A stretch of 64,000 nucleotides of DNA from Octopus sinensis (GCF_006345805.1 NC_043003.1:78740001-78804000); one strand, 5' to 3'. Shown: positions 37,131-49,700, counted from the stretch's first letter. Notes: a model not told the origin generated them from the sequence alone. Translations and numbers: made by a program.

Positions 37131-37656
37131 CGATTTCCGTATACTAAATTCACTCACAAGGCTTTGGTCGACCCCAGGCTATAGTAGATGAGACTTTCCC
37201 CAAGGTGCCATGCACAGGGACTGAACTCCAAACCATGTTGTTGGGGAGCAAACTCCTTACCGCACAGCCACGCCAGCGCCTCAAAGGGAATTTATTTTAT
37301 CGACTCAGGGAGGATGAAAAACAAATCAGTCTTGGTGAAGTTTTTAGCTCAGAATGTAAAACACTGTAAGTAGACACCATAAAGTTATTTAGATCGGTAC
37401 TTTTGTGGTTTGTGCTGAATCAATCACCATATTGCTGAAGAAAATAAGAATATGATATAGTTAGTTGTTGCTTGTTTGAAAGGAATGAAATGTGTTACTA
37501 AATTGGATAACGAAAACCCACGATATGCTAATGTTTTAATATCACAGGCAGAAAGAGTAGCATTATAGCAGAGAGATATAACCATCTGGTTATAGCAAAG
37601 AATGCCAAAACAATTGTAAAACTATGTAAAAAATGATAAAAATAATAATAATAATG

Positions 37657-37718
<62 letters not shown>

Positions 37719-37881
37719 TGATGCAAAGCTGTTTAATATTGCTTTTATTAATGGCTCTCGTATAACCGATGTATTTGATTATTACACACACACACAGACA
37801 CACACATATTTTTACGTGTGGGATTCCGTTGATATGTATGTATGTATGTATGTATGTATGCACGTACGTACGTATATATAA

Positions 37882-37912
<31 letters not shown>

Positions 37913-37925
37913 CCTGTATATATAT

Positions 37926-37973
<48 letters not shown>

Positions 37974-38572
37974 GGTGTGTGTCTAGATCTATGTGCATAT
38001 ATTAATGCGAGCATAATTGTCTGGGAGTTAGTTTAACAGATGTAACGGCAATACATATATATGTGTAAGTATGTAAATATACGTGTATATATATGTGTGC
38101 GTGCATGTGTGTGTGCGTGCATGTGTGCGTGTGTGTGTGTGCGTGCGTGCGTATGTGTGCGTGCATGTGTGAGCGTGTGTGCGCGCGTAAGCCAGATTCC
38201 AGGCTGTATTCTGGAAGAAATCCAAATGATCCCACCTCTCCTTGTTATTCTACATTGGACAGAGGAACGGATGGAGGTATAGCGGGTCTGTCGGACGGTC
38301 GGTCGGTCGGTTGGTGGCTCGGACCAGCTGCCAAACATACAATATCAGCCGAACGTTCGTATAGCTCTACAAATTCTTTGATGTAAATAAACAACAGCAG
38401 CAGCAACAACAACAACAAATACAGTGTTATATACACAGGTAGAACAAACACTTATACACATCGAGGCATGAACATCCGATAAGAAAGAGTATAGAGACGA
38501 TGCAATCTTTAGTATCTAAATTGGATTAAGATGATGAAAATAGCCGGAACAGTGAAGAGATGGTTAAATTCA

Positions 38573-38648
<76 letters not shown>

Positions 38649-38658
38649 GTTGTTGTTA

Positions 38659-38859
38659 AGGCGCCGAGCTGGCAGAATCGTTAGCGCGCTGGACGAAATA
38701 CTTAGCGGGCCCGTCGTTACTTTCTGAGTTCAAATTCCGCCGAGGTCGACTTTGTCTTTCATCCTTTCGCGAACGATAAATTAAGTAACTACCAGTTAAA
38801 CATTGGGGTCGATGTAATCGACTCATCCCCTACTTCAAAATGGCTGCCCTTGTGGCAAA

Positions 38860-38862
<3 letters not shown>
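38659..38862 (+). mobile_element. SINE family S1
   Basis: Head follows a (TTA)n tract; B-box GAGTTCAAATTCC. Confidence 0.85.
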
Positions 38863-38903
<41 letters not shown>

Positions 38904-38917
38904 CATCATCATCATCA

Positions 38918-38957
<40 letters not shown>

Positions 38958-39067
38958 CATCATCATCATCATCATCATCTCATCATCATCATCATCATCA
39001 TTATTATTATATATTATTATTATATTATTATTATTATTATTATTATTATATTATTATTATTATTATT

Positions 39068-39308
39068 AAGGCAGCGAACTGGCAGAATCGTTAGCACACC
39101 GGGCGAAATGCTTAGCGGTATGTCGTCCGTCTCTAAAACGTCTGAGTTCAAATTCTGCTGAGGTTGACTCTGCCTTTCACCTTTTCGTGATCGATAAATT
39201 GATTACCAGTGAAACACTGGTAATTAATTTAATCGACTCATTCCTTCCCCCCAAATTGCTGTTCTTGTGGAAAACGGTTGGCCTTGTGCCAAAGTTTGAA
39301 ATTATTAT
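39068..39308 (+). mobile_element. SINE family S1
   Basis: As for 38659-38862; separated from it by (TAT/CAT)n. Confidence 0.85.
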
Positions 39309-39752
39309 TCTTCGCACAAATTGTTGTCTGTGTTGTGATGCTCCGCCCTTATGTACTTTTCACCCTTTCGGGGTCTATAAAGTAAACCTGTCATGAGATT
39401 GTGTGCATGTGTATATGTGTCTGTATTTGTGTATATGTGTGTGTGCATATGTGTGTGTTTTTGCGTATGTATGTGCATGTGTGTGTATGTGTGTATATGT
39501 GTGCGTATATGTATGTGTGTCGAGTGGATGCGGTGGAAGTGAGGAGATGCAGGGATGTGGGTATGAAGTTTTCTCAGTTCAATTTCTACAGTAACCGACT
39601 TTATTGTTATTCTTCTATGGTCAATAGTATATATCTATATTTAATTATATATCATTAGTGTGAGTTTAGAGGGATATATTATTCCGGGTAGATACCGTGG
39701 TAGCTCTCAGTTATGTTCCAGGCTACGGCTAATCGCATCGATTAGTATTTGT

Positions 39753-40013
39753 GGAGGCACATGGCCTAGTGGTTAGAGCAGCGGACTCGCGGTCGAGGGA
39801 TCGCGGGTTCGAATCTCAGACCGGGCGATGTGTGTGTTTATGAGCGAAACACCTAAGCTCCACGCGGCTCCGGCCGAAGGTAATGCCGAACATCTGCTGA
39901 CTCTCTCGCCACAACTTACTCTCACTCTTTCCTCCAGCATCTTGCAGCTCACCTGCGACGGACCGGGAAACCGGCCTTATGAGCTAGGCATGGCTCGAGA
40001 AGGAACAAACAAC
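39753..40013 (+). mobile_element. SINE, tRNA-Arg-like head A (variant) with shortened tail
   Basis: GGAGGCACATGGCCTAGTGGTTAGAGCAGCGGACTCGCGGTC...GGTTCGAATCTC; related to 56370-56659. Confidence 0.85.
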
Positions 40014-40359
40014 ATCGAATAGTATTTATAGTTTATGACTACTAGGAGTTGTCACTCCCGCTGTAAATTCCTCCGCTGAGTAATTCCGTGTACGCTTCAC
40101 TGGGTGGTAGTATTATATGGAGTGCATATTAGCAATAGCTATAACGATAGTTCATTTTGATCCAAGCTGGTTGAAAGACCCTGAATGAAGCTGCACAGGG
40201 TTTATGCCTAGTTTCATATGCAACTGCACATTCTCCCTCCAGTAGAAACACGTGTGGGTCGTTGTAACCATAAAAATATGCTGTATGACACTGTAAAATA
40301 AATGAAAATGAATTTTGAGGATGTACCAGTCTCCATATTTTCTATTGTTATAACTATTT

Positions 40360-40745
40360 GGGTGTGTGGTAATTAGCTTGCTTACCAACCACATGGTTCT
40401 GGGTTCAGTCCCACTGCATGACACCTTGGGAAAGTGTCTTCTGCTATAGCCTCGGGCCGACCAAAACCTTGTGAGTGGATTTGGTAGACAGAAACTGAAA
40501 GAAGCCCGTCGTATATATATATATATTATGTTTGTGTGTCTGTGTTTGTCTCCCCAGCACCATCGCTTGACAACCGATGCTGGTATGTTTACGTCCCCGT
40601 AACTTAGCGGATCGGCAAAAGTGACCGATAGAATAATTACTAGACTTACAAAGTTTTAGTTCTGGGCTCGATTTGTTCGACTAAAGGCGTTGCTCCAGCA
40701 TGGTCGCAGTCAAATGACTGAAGCAAATAAAAGAGTAAAAGAGTA
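40360..40745 (+). mobile_element. SINE family S2, full length
   Basis: All modules present; short internal microsatellite. Confidence 0.9.
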
Positions 40746-41005
40746 AATATGTATTTATTACATTTTGACTACTGAAATGATTAGAGGCGACAGAATCAAT
40801 TAATTACTGCCTTTAAAAACAAACCTCATTATCATAGGCATACTTAGAACAGAGGCCCTGTATTTAGGTTCAGCTCATTTTAACGAGAAGTCCCTCGTTC
40901 ATTTAATGTCATCAGTGGTGCATTACCATCCGTCACCGTTTTAACAGATAAGTCCGTCTACCTCAAAGAGAAAAACGCAAGTCAGTTTGTTGGTATCATT
41001 CATCA

Positions 41006-41391
41006 GGAGGCGCAATGGCCCAGTGGTTAGGGCAGCGGACTCGCGGTCATAGGATCGCGGTTTCGATTCCCAGACCGGGCGTTGTGAGTGTTTATTGAGC
41101 GAAAACACCTAAAGCTCCAAGAGGCTCCGGCAGGGGATGGTGGTGATCCCTGCTGTACTCTTTCACCACAACTTTCTCTCACTCTTACTTCCTGTTTCTG
41201 TTGTACCTGTATTTCAAAGGGCCGGCCTTGTCACTCTCTGTGTCACGCTGAATATCCCCGAGAACTACGTTAAGGGTACACATGTCTGTGGAGTGCTCAG
41301 CCACTTACACGTGAATTTCACGAGCAGGCTGTTCCGTTGATTCGGATCAACCGGAACCCTCGTCGTCGTAACCGACGGAGTGCTTCCATCC
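41006..41391 (+). mobile_element. SINE, tRNA-Arg-like head A plus tail 1 (resembles octopus OR-type SINEs)
   Basis: A/B boxes; 11-bp TSD ATCATTCATCA; near-identical to 57865-58247. The family name comes from recall. Confidence 0.9.
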
Positions 41392-41785
41392 ATCATTCAT
41401 CACCATAAGTAGTGAGAGCATAATGAAATTGACGAGTGATTCATTGGGTTGTGGAAAGGTTAACAAAAGTGAATGGAGTCATTTTAATCATTTAGTCATC
41501 AAGCACGAGCGACGGCAAATTTACATGATGAGGCGGAATGAGGCTGGAATAATGTTAAGACCTGTCAGGAATTTTTTTCTTTCTTTTGCCTGTGCTTCTA
41601 AAATAGGTAAAATAATACTAGTATTTTCTCACTAATTAACTGTCTCCAATTAGATATACGGTACTCATTACGTTATATTACATTGCATACGTCATCAACA
41701 GTTATATTGTTTTACATTTGGATAATGGTCTCTGAATAATTAACCCAAGTAATTGCTTTTTTTTTTAGTATTTAGCCAACGCTGT

Positions 41786-42118
41786 GCATGAGTATGTGTG
41801 TGTGCGTGCGTGCATGAGTATGTGTGTGTGTGTGTGTGTGGTGTGTGCATGAGTATGTGTGTGTGCGTGCATGAGTATGTGTGTGTGTGTGTGTGCATGA
41901 GTATGTGTGTGTGTGTGCATGAGTATGTGTGTGTGCGTGCATGAGTATGTGTGTGCGTGCGTGCATGAGTATGTGTGTGTGTGCGTGCGTGCATGAGTAT
42001 GTGTGTGTGTGTGTGTTGTGTGCATGAGTATGTGTGTGTGTGCGTGCATGAGTATGTGTGTGTGTGTGCGTGCATGAGTATGTGTGTGTGTGTGTGCATG
42101 AGTATGTGTGTGTGTGTG
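41786..42118 (+). repeat. Minisatellite: 13 x GCATGAGTAT separated by variable (GT/GC)n spacers
   Basis: Invariant 10-mer counted by eye at 41786, 41812, 41847, 41869, 41895, 41917, 41939, 41963, 41991, 42022, 42046, 42072 and 42097. Confidence 0.95.
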
Positions 42119-42418
42119 TAATTGTGTGCGTAGGTGGGGGTTTATGTTTATGTGAGCGTGTTTATGTGTTAATTATCTAATCGCTGTCAGTTTGAACGTA
42201 ATATCTGAACAGCAGGTGTCATGTATCTGATATGATTCCATTGTTCTGTCACCACCTTCTTTAACACCTGGGCTGATGGCACAGAATTCGGGGGTTTGTT
42301 TAATACATACATTCTTACATACTTACATATTGGCATATTCATGCATATACACGTACATACGCGCGCACGCACGCACAAAAACACGTTAAACTATGCGTGA
42401 TATATTTTTGTCAAGATA

Positions 42419-42702
42419 TGTGTGTGTGTGTGTGTGTGTATGTGTGTGTGTGTGTGTGTATGTGTGTGTGTGTGTGTTGTGTGTGTGTATGTGTGTGTGT
42501 ATGTGTGTGTGTGTATGTGTGTGTGTGTATGTGTGTGTGTTGTGTGTGTGTTTGTGTGTGTGTGTGTATGTGTGTGTGGTGTGTATGTGTGTGTGTGTAT
42601 GTGTGTGTATGTGTGTATGTATTTGTGTGTGTGTGTATGTGTGTGTATGTGTGTGTGTGTATGTGTGTGTGTATGTGTGTGTGTGTGTGTGTGCGTGTGT
42701 GT
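42419..42702. repeat. (TG)n microsatellite with TA interruptions
   Basis: Direct reading. Confidence 0.97.
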
Positions 42703-43002
42703 ATACTGAGTATTCGGCTCACGATCGTATGTTCGTGAGTTCAATTCCCGGCAACGCGTTGTGTCCTTGAGCAAGTCACTTTATTTCACCTTGCTCCAGT
42801 CCACTCAGCTGGCAAAAATGATTTGTACCTGTATTTCAAAGGGCCAACCTTGTCACACTCTATGTCACGCGGAATCTCCCTGAGAACTACGTGAAGGATA
42901 CACGTGTCTGTGGAGTGCTCAGCCACTCGAACGTTAATTTCGTGAGCTGTTCCGTTGATCGGATCAACTGGAACCGTCGCCAACGTAACCGACTGAGTGC
43001 CA
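42703..43002 (+). mobile_element. SINE, CORE-like head B plus tail 1
   Basis: GTGTCCTTGAGCAAGTCACTT segment as in 18184-18452, then the TGTACCTGTATTTCAAAGGGCC tail as in 41006-41391. Confidence 0.85.
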
Positions 43003-43025
43003 ATATATATATATATATATATATA

Positions 43026-43398
43026 TCTATATAAACGGCAGTTTGTCTGTGCGTTTTCTGTGTGTCTGTTTTCTCGTACCCTCTGACCACGGCTTTCAAC
43101 CGATTCTGATGAAACTTGACACACACATAGCCCAATGTCATAATTCAAAACTAACGCAGCGAAAATTTTGAAAAGTTCCCCCAGTTCTGAAAAAAATCGA
43201 TAAATTCGACATGGGGTCGAGAATCAGAAACCCAAACCACAGACCGTCTAGGGTACGCAACTCCACCTTTTTTAACTCTCAAAAAAATTTACCATAACTT
43301 TTTTTCCATTTTTTTTGCTATTTTTGGGCTATAACTCTCTAAAAATGCTTTATAGTTATTTCCCTTACAAACCTGAGCAACGCCGGGCGATACTGCTA

Positions 43399-43399
<1 letters not shown>
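43026..43399 (+). mobile_element. Non-autonomous Helitron-like element (internal type C)
   Basis: A|TCTATATAAACGGCAG...GATACTGCTAG|T, inserted in (TA)n. Confidence 0.85.
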
Positions 43400-43453
<54 letters not shown>

Positions 43454-43572
43454 ATTAATATGTTCAATAAGAAAGAATTATTTTCGAAATTTTTCTCTTA
43501 TGAGGTTTTTCACGCTATCTACCTGATAATTTCTTGTTAAATTTCCTTATTAAGAAGTTATCCTTAATTGTT

Positions 43573-43606
<34 letters not shown>

Positions 43607-43609
<3 letters not shown>

Positions 43610-43786
43610 CTCCGTCTTCCCTTCTCTGGATCTTTCCTTTTCCTATGTTTCTGACGAAGAGCTCCGCTCGAAACGTAAAACCCTCCCCTCCTTCTTCCCT
43701 TCCGTCCTGAGCGTCCAATAATACTATATTTGTTCCACGTCCTCGCGTTGTTGTGTTTTCTCTTTGTGTTTTCATGTTTGGATTAA

Positions 43787-43788
<2 letters not shown>
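43607..43788 (+). mobile_element. Small hammerhead-bearing element, family H1
   Basis: Homologous to 21368-21565 and flanked by (TA)n on both sides. Confidence 0.75.
43647..43681 (+). ncRNA. Minimal type I hammerhead ribozyme motif
   Basis: GUUU-CUGACGA-A-GAGC(UCC)GCUC-GAAA-CG-UA|AAAC; GUA cleavage triplet. Confidence 0.75.
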
Positions 43789-43819
<31 letters not shown>

Positions 43820-44061
43820 GCTGTGGGAATATGAACTTCGCTTTGCAATCTCGAGATTTCAGGTCTTTCAACATGGGACCCTTTTTTATCCAACTGCTTC
43901 AGTCAAGGTTGATCAAGTTCCAGCTTGCATTCCAGCAACAACAAGGCACAAGTCTTCTTCCCACCCCATCCGAATCTCTATTGCTGTGGTCTCTGATGCC
44001 TCTGTGATGAAACTTATGTTCCCACTCAGTCTTACATACATAGGTACATAAACACACACAC

Positions 44062-44098
<37 letters not shown>

Positions 44099-44349
44099 AC
44101 ACACACACACACACACACACAATTAACATAAACACCAGACAGCAATGTTTCACCAAAATGAGAATTATAATTGTCACTAAATGCGACTAGGATGTTAAGA
44201 AAAACCTCTCATTGCTAGAAATACGAGATTAAAATGGTTTAATGCTGTAGTTAACGCACATGAACAAAAATCATATACATTAACAGGGCCCTGAATCATC
44301 TGAAAATGCCGATCAGGAATCATATATATATATATTCATAAACCTACAA

Positions 44350-44401
<52 letters not shown>

Positions 44402-44402
<1 letters not shown>

Positions 44403-44570
44403 CGAGACAAAACCACTATTTTAAAACCAAACAAGAAAAGACTTAATCAATACATAAAATTTTAATATAAATTAAATAAACCGCCACAACAATTGTTTCA
44501 TTTATATTAAAATTTTATGTATTGATTAAGTCTTTTCTTGTTTGGTTTTAAAATAGTGGTTTTGTCTCGA
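44402..44570. repeat. Perfect 71-bp inverted repeat with a 27-nt loop
   Basis: 44402-44472 is the exact reverse complement of 44500-44570. Confidence 0.97.
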
Positions 44571-44657
44571 TTTATATTATATAATATTTTTCTATAAAAT
44601 TGGATTTAACCCTAAATCTGAGTTTTCCCTGTAATTTTGGATTCATTCCCTAATATT

Positions 44658-44700
<43 letters not shown>

Positions 44701-45294
44701 TATATATATATATACATACATACGTGTCCGTGTATATGCATGTATATGTATGTGTGTTTGTCTGTCTGTATGTATGTATGTATGTTTACACTACTATTTA
44801 CACTTCTTGCCAAAGATATTTCATGTGCGGAAGAAAATTCTTATGAAATTATTATTAGTGAAATAGGTCAGTCACTTTGTAGAAGTCTGAAGTAGATAAC
44901 ATTTCCTTTCACTTATCTATTTATCTATTTCTTTCTTTCATTCCTTCCTTCCTTCCTTCCTTCCTTCTTTCCTTCTTATCTATTATTTTTTTTTTTATCT
45001 GTCTATTTATTTAATTATTTATTTACCTTAGCTCTTTTATTGTTGCAGTTGTGTTTTGGCTTTGTAGTGTTTCTCGGTTGTTGCTTTTCGTCAACTGAAA
45101 TATACTTAATTTATAAATAAACAGATCAAAATAAACTGAAAGATTTCGGGGGGGGGGGAAACAAAGATCAGATGTAAACAATCAGTGAAGCAATGTTGTT
45201 GTGGTTGTTGTGGTTGTTGTTGGTGTTGTTGTTGTTAAGAGGAAACAGTGAAGTTAATATGAGATTCTAACATCTGCCAGCTATTATAGATAAC

Positions 45295-45305
45295 AATATA
45301 TATAT

Positions 45306-45365
<60 letters not shown>

Positions 45366-45381
45366 GATGTATCTATATATG

Positions 45382-45419
<38 letters not shown>

Positions 45420-45457
45420 CACATATATATATATAGATATATATATATATATGTATG

Positions 45458-45511
<54 letters not shown>

Positions 45512-45545
45512 TATATATATATATATGTATGTATGTATGTATGTA
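45295..45545. repeat. (TA)n-rich microsatellite
   Basis: Direct reading. Confidence 0.97.
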
Positions 45546-45874
45546 TATATATAATATATACATATACATACACACACATACACACATTCATACATATTTG
45601 TGTGTGTACATGTATATAAATATATACATACATAGATACATACATGCATACATATGCACACACACGCACACACACACACACACACGCATACACACACACA
45701 CTCGCACATACACACGTGTGCGCTCACACACATACATATATACAGATATATAGGAAGAAATATGCTCTGGTCAAATCTGAGGACTGTAGAGCAATGGGTT
45801 CTGCCAAGTCTTGAAATATCCAAAAATACACTGGATATCGTGACGGTGTTCCTACGAATGCACGAAGACATGCA

Positions 45875-45906
<32 letters not shown>

Positions 45907-45911
<5 letters not shown>

Positions 45912-46114
45912 ATCCAAACAAGAAAGCACAAAAAAACACAACAACGCGAGGGCGTGGAACAAATATAGTATTATTGGACGCTCAGGAAAGAAGGAGAGAA
46001 GGAGGGTTTAACGTTTCGAGCGGAGCTCTTCGTCGGAAACATAGGAGAAGGAAAGATCCAGAGAAGGGAAGACAGAGGAAAAAAATCGCCAACGGTACAC
46101 ACGAGGTCACATTT
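45907..46114 (-). mobile_element. Small hammerhead-bearing element, family H1
   Basis: Reverse complement of the H1 consensus, with the same GGATTAACT end at (TA)n. Confidence 0.75.
46006..46040 (-). ncRNA. Hammerhead motif with U4C core substitution (probably impaired)
   Basis: GUUU-CCGACGA-A-GAGC(UCC)GCUC-GAAA-CG-UU|AAAC. Confidence 0.6.
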
Positions 46115-46544
46115 ACATATATATGTGTGTGGGGGATGTTTGTGTTCGCGCGTGTGTGTGTGTGTATGTGTACACATATGCATGTACATATACATATATA
46201 CACACATATGCATATATACATATATATCACAAGCTCCCATTTCTTATCTCTGTACACCCATACCCTTCCATGCACGCATACACCACTCCGCTTCTACTTC
46301 ACTTGCTAACTCCCCACTGGAACTGCATTCACACAAGACGTCTAACCTCTTTCTCCTTATTCCGAACCATATTTCTCAATCTTTTTTTCTTTTCCAGATC
46401 ACATTTCTAATTGTTTTATTTTCTTGATGATGGATTAATGTCCGAAACATCAAGACTCTTTCTCTTCTTTTTAAGCGTTAACTTAATTACATCTTTTAAA
46501 ACTTGTCCTTCCTGTGTTTTCTTCCTTTTGTATACATTATTTAA

Positions 46545-46580
<36 letters not shown>

Positions 46581-47086
46581 GCATGTATTTGTGTATCCTT
46601 TTGTGCGTTAAGGTAAAAATTCACATTTCGATATAGATTTCTAAAATAAGTCCCAAACTAAAATAATTATCTTAATTTATATAACAGCCAAAAGCTTTTC
46701 AAATTCTGCTCCAGCGTGACTGCAGTCTATCGACTGCCGTCTCTAAAAGAATAGAGTTTCATATGTGCGTGCGTGTGCATGTGTGCGTATATGTGTGTTT
46801 GTGTGTGTGTGTATGTGTGTGTGTGTACGCGTGTTTGTATAGCTCTGTTTCTCTGAATCAGCAAGACAGTGCGCCTCCTTTTTCTCTTATTGTATCTTTC
46901 TTTTGCACCTTTGGCCGAAATCGTTTTGCTAAATCGTTTTCCCCTCATCTTGGAGGTCTTCCGCGTGGCCTTTGCCGAGCTCTTGGCTACCACTCACCAA
47001 TTGCATGGTCCACTTGTTGTGTGTGTGCGTGTGTGTGTGCGTGCGTGCGTGCGGTACATTATATCAACAAAAGAGAGAAATATATC

Positions 47087-47320
47087 TGTTTCTTTATTGC
47101 CCACAAGGGGTTAAACATAGAGGGGACAAACAAGGACAGACAAACGGATTAAGTCGATTACATCGACCCCAGTGTGTAACTGGTACTTAATTTATCGACC
47201 CCGAAAGGATGAAAGGCAAAGTCGACCTCGGCGGAATTTGAACTCAGAACGCAACGACAGACGCAATACCGCTAAGCATTTCGCCCGGTGTGCTAACGTT
47301 TCTGCCAGCTCGCCGCCTTT
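47087..47320 (-). mobile_element. SINE family S1, full length
   Basis: 12-bp TSD GAGAAATATATC (47075-47086 and 47321-47332). Confidence 0.93.
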
Positions 47321-47619
47321 GAGAAATATATCGTGTACTTAAATGATTTCTTTTTGCTTTTTTGTAATTCAAATTTCATTTCATTGTGATAATCAGAACT
47401 GCAAATGGTAAATATCTGATGGTCCGAAGCAGCAGAAATAGCGGTCGCTAAAATGCCAACATCAGCAGAACAACGAAACAAAGTAACCAAGAAATTAACC
47501 TTCAATTTAGAAACATGGGATGTAAAACAGGAATTCTCCAAAAAGTATATGAAAATCAAGTAATAACATGGCATCTACGTACATTCAATATTATTTTCTA
47601 TCTTTTTTAATCGCTCTTG

Positions 47620-48011
47620 TCTATATATATAAAGCTGAAGTTATCTGTGTGTGGCAGGTTTGGTAGCCTTCAACTAACACTATCTCCTCCGAAACCCTGC
47701 GGCGCAACTTGACCAAAATTGAGAGTAGGATAGAAGAAAGCTTGCTCTTCATTCCGTAGAAGATAAAATTCAAATCGGACCATGTTAAGACCAAACATTT
47801 TTTACATCAAAAAGGTGATTTTTTTTCTATGAAAATCTCTATTTTTTACGATTTTTTTTACTGCTGTGTCGCCATTTTTCGGTGCACTTCAACCAGAAAA
47901 ATGTTCACTTAAAGAGAATAACAAGCTAGATAATGCAACATTTTTACTTTTCAAAAATTCCAATTCTAAAAGCTCGAAACAAACCAGAGCAACGCCGGGC
48001 GATACTACTAG
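47620..48011 (+). mobile_element. Non-autonomous Helitron-like element (internal type B)
   Basis: TC start, CTAG|T end and the shared hairpin. Interior homologous to 6247-6637. Confidence 0.8.
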
Positions 48012-48324
48012 TTATAAAATATTGTTGTCATAGTTGGGCTGGTAATTCTTTTTGTTTCTTTTTTCTCTTTGATCAAGTCTTAACACAAATTTCTAACAAT
48101 AATAGGCTTGTTTTGGCAGCTAAAATTCTACATCTCTCTCATTGCCAAGACATTGTGTCATTATCTCTGTTCTATAAATAATTCCATGGTCGTTGTTTTA
48201 CCGAACTTCTATTGTACCTCCTCTTCAGGTTATTAAATGAGCGATCCGTCTCTCACAGATGAAGTATATATCTATCTTATACAAGGTCTGTTCGATGTAC
48301 TAATGTCAGAAATATATAGAATTT

Positions 48325-49090
48325 TTAACGAGCGTTGTGGATTGGTAGCATCGTTAGAGCGGGAGACAAAATACATTGTAGATTTTGATTACCACGTTTT
48401 GCGTCTGAGTTCAAATTCAACAAAGGTCAACTTTGTCTTTCATCATTCTGAAGGTTGATAAAAATAAAAATATCCGTAAAGTACTAAAGGCGGCGAGCTG
48501 GCAGAAACGTTAGCACGCCGGGCGAAATGCGTAGCCATATTTCGTCTGCTGTTACGTTCTGAGTTCAAATTCCGCCGAGGTCGACTTTGCCTTTCAACCT
48601 TTCGGGGTCGATAAATTAAGTACCAGTTACGCACTGGGGTCGATATAATCGACTTAGTCCGTTTGTCTGTCCTTGTTTGTCCCCTCTGTGTTTAGCCCCT
48701 TGTGAGTAAAAGAAATAGGTATTTCGTCTGCCGCTACGTTCTGAGTTCAAATTCCGCCGCGGTCGACTTTGCCTTTCATCCTTTCGGGGTCGATTAAATA
48801 AGTACCAGCTACGCACTGGGGTCGATATAATAGACTTAATCCGCTTGTCTGTCCTTGTTTGTTCCTTCTGTGTTTAGCCCCTTGTGGGTAGTAAAGAAAT
48901 AGGTATATCGCCTATTTTTAAATCTCACAACGTGAGATATTCCTCTGTCTTTACGTTCTGAGTTCAAATTCCTCCGAGGTCGGCTTTGCCTTTCATTCTT
49001 CCGGGGTCGATAAATTAAGTACCAGTTGTGTACTGGAGTTGATCTAATCGACTGGGCCCCATCCCCAAAATTTCGGGCCTTGTGCTAGGG
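48325..49090 (+). mobile_element. Head-to-tail cluster of four S1 SINE copies
   Basis: About 48325-48480 (old), 48487-48720 (full), 48721-48905 (5'-truncated) and 48940-49090 (5'-truncated, variant tail). Confidence 0.88.
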
Positions 49091-49384
49091 AGAATTTAAT
49101 TTCCTGTAGGTTTTTCCTTAAAATGTGTGGTCGTATGTCAATGTTAAAAAAATATATTATTTCAATCACGGACTATTACTACAACGGGGCCTCTCGGGCA
49201 AGCGAAGCAGAGCAATGCTGTTGCCCGATCGACGAAAAATAGTAACCAAAACGTCCTTCAAATCACACTCCACAACCATTAAAGAGAGGAGAGAATCACT
49301 GACGGGCGATAACAGTTAGGTACAGCCATCGGAACTGCCAGATCACATGGTTTCGTCCTCTGGCCTTGTCAATGACTGACTGAC

Positions 49385-49700
49385 TAACTGGTGATGGTGA
49401 CCCCCTTCGGTCACACACTGACCATGGGTTTGCACCTAGAAAGTTACCCTCGGAGGCACAAGTCTGGGCAAGGTTGTTTTATTGGAAGACCAGCAGTCGC
49501 CCATGCATACAGGCCTCCCCTCTCCACGTCACCGATGTTGTCCAAGGGAAAGGCAAGGGCCGATACAGCTTGGCACCTGTGACGTCTTAACTCATTTCTA
49601 CAGATGAGTGAACTGGAGCAACGTGAAATAAAGTGTCTTGCTCAAGAACACAACACGCAGCCCGGTCGGGATTCGAGCTCACAACCACTGAGCCACGCGC
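49385..49700 (-). mobile_element. SINE, CORE-like head B plus a third tail
   Basis: Minus strand GCGCGTGGCTCAGTGGT...GTGTTCTTGAGCAAGACACTTTATTTCACGTTGCTCCAG, then a tail unlike tails 1 and 2. Confidence 0.75.

Noticed and set aside
39753-39830. tRNA-Arg-like sequences (also 41006, 56590-56659, 58170-58247, 61550-61619)
   Set aside because: They continue into SINE bodies, several have TSDs, and the acceptor stem is not complete. These are SINE heads, not tRNA genes.
41786-42118. Repeat-spacer array resembling CRISPR
   Set aside because: The 10-bp repeat is too short, the spacers are simple (GT)n, there are no cas genes, and the context is eukaryotic.
45752-45878. Short unique island open in several frames
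   Set aside because: No convincing splice sites or homology; open frames of this length are expected by chance.
46421-46455. TTGATGA-TGGA...TCC-GAAACATC motif
   Set aside because: The core lacks C3 and helix III is mismatched; it cannot be called a ribozyme.
46727-46993. Lys/Arg-rich ORF (MVAKSSAKATRK...)
   Set aside because: It reflects a purine-rich strand running into a microsatellite; no recognisable family, and it directly follows a GTGAGT donor-like site.
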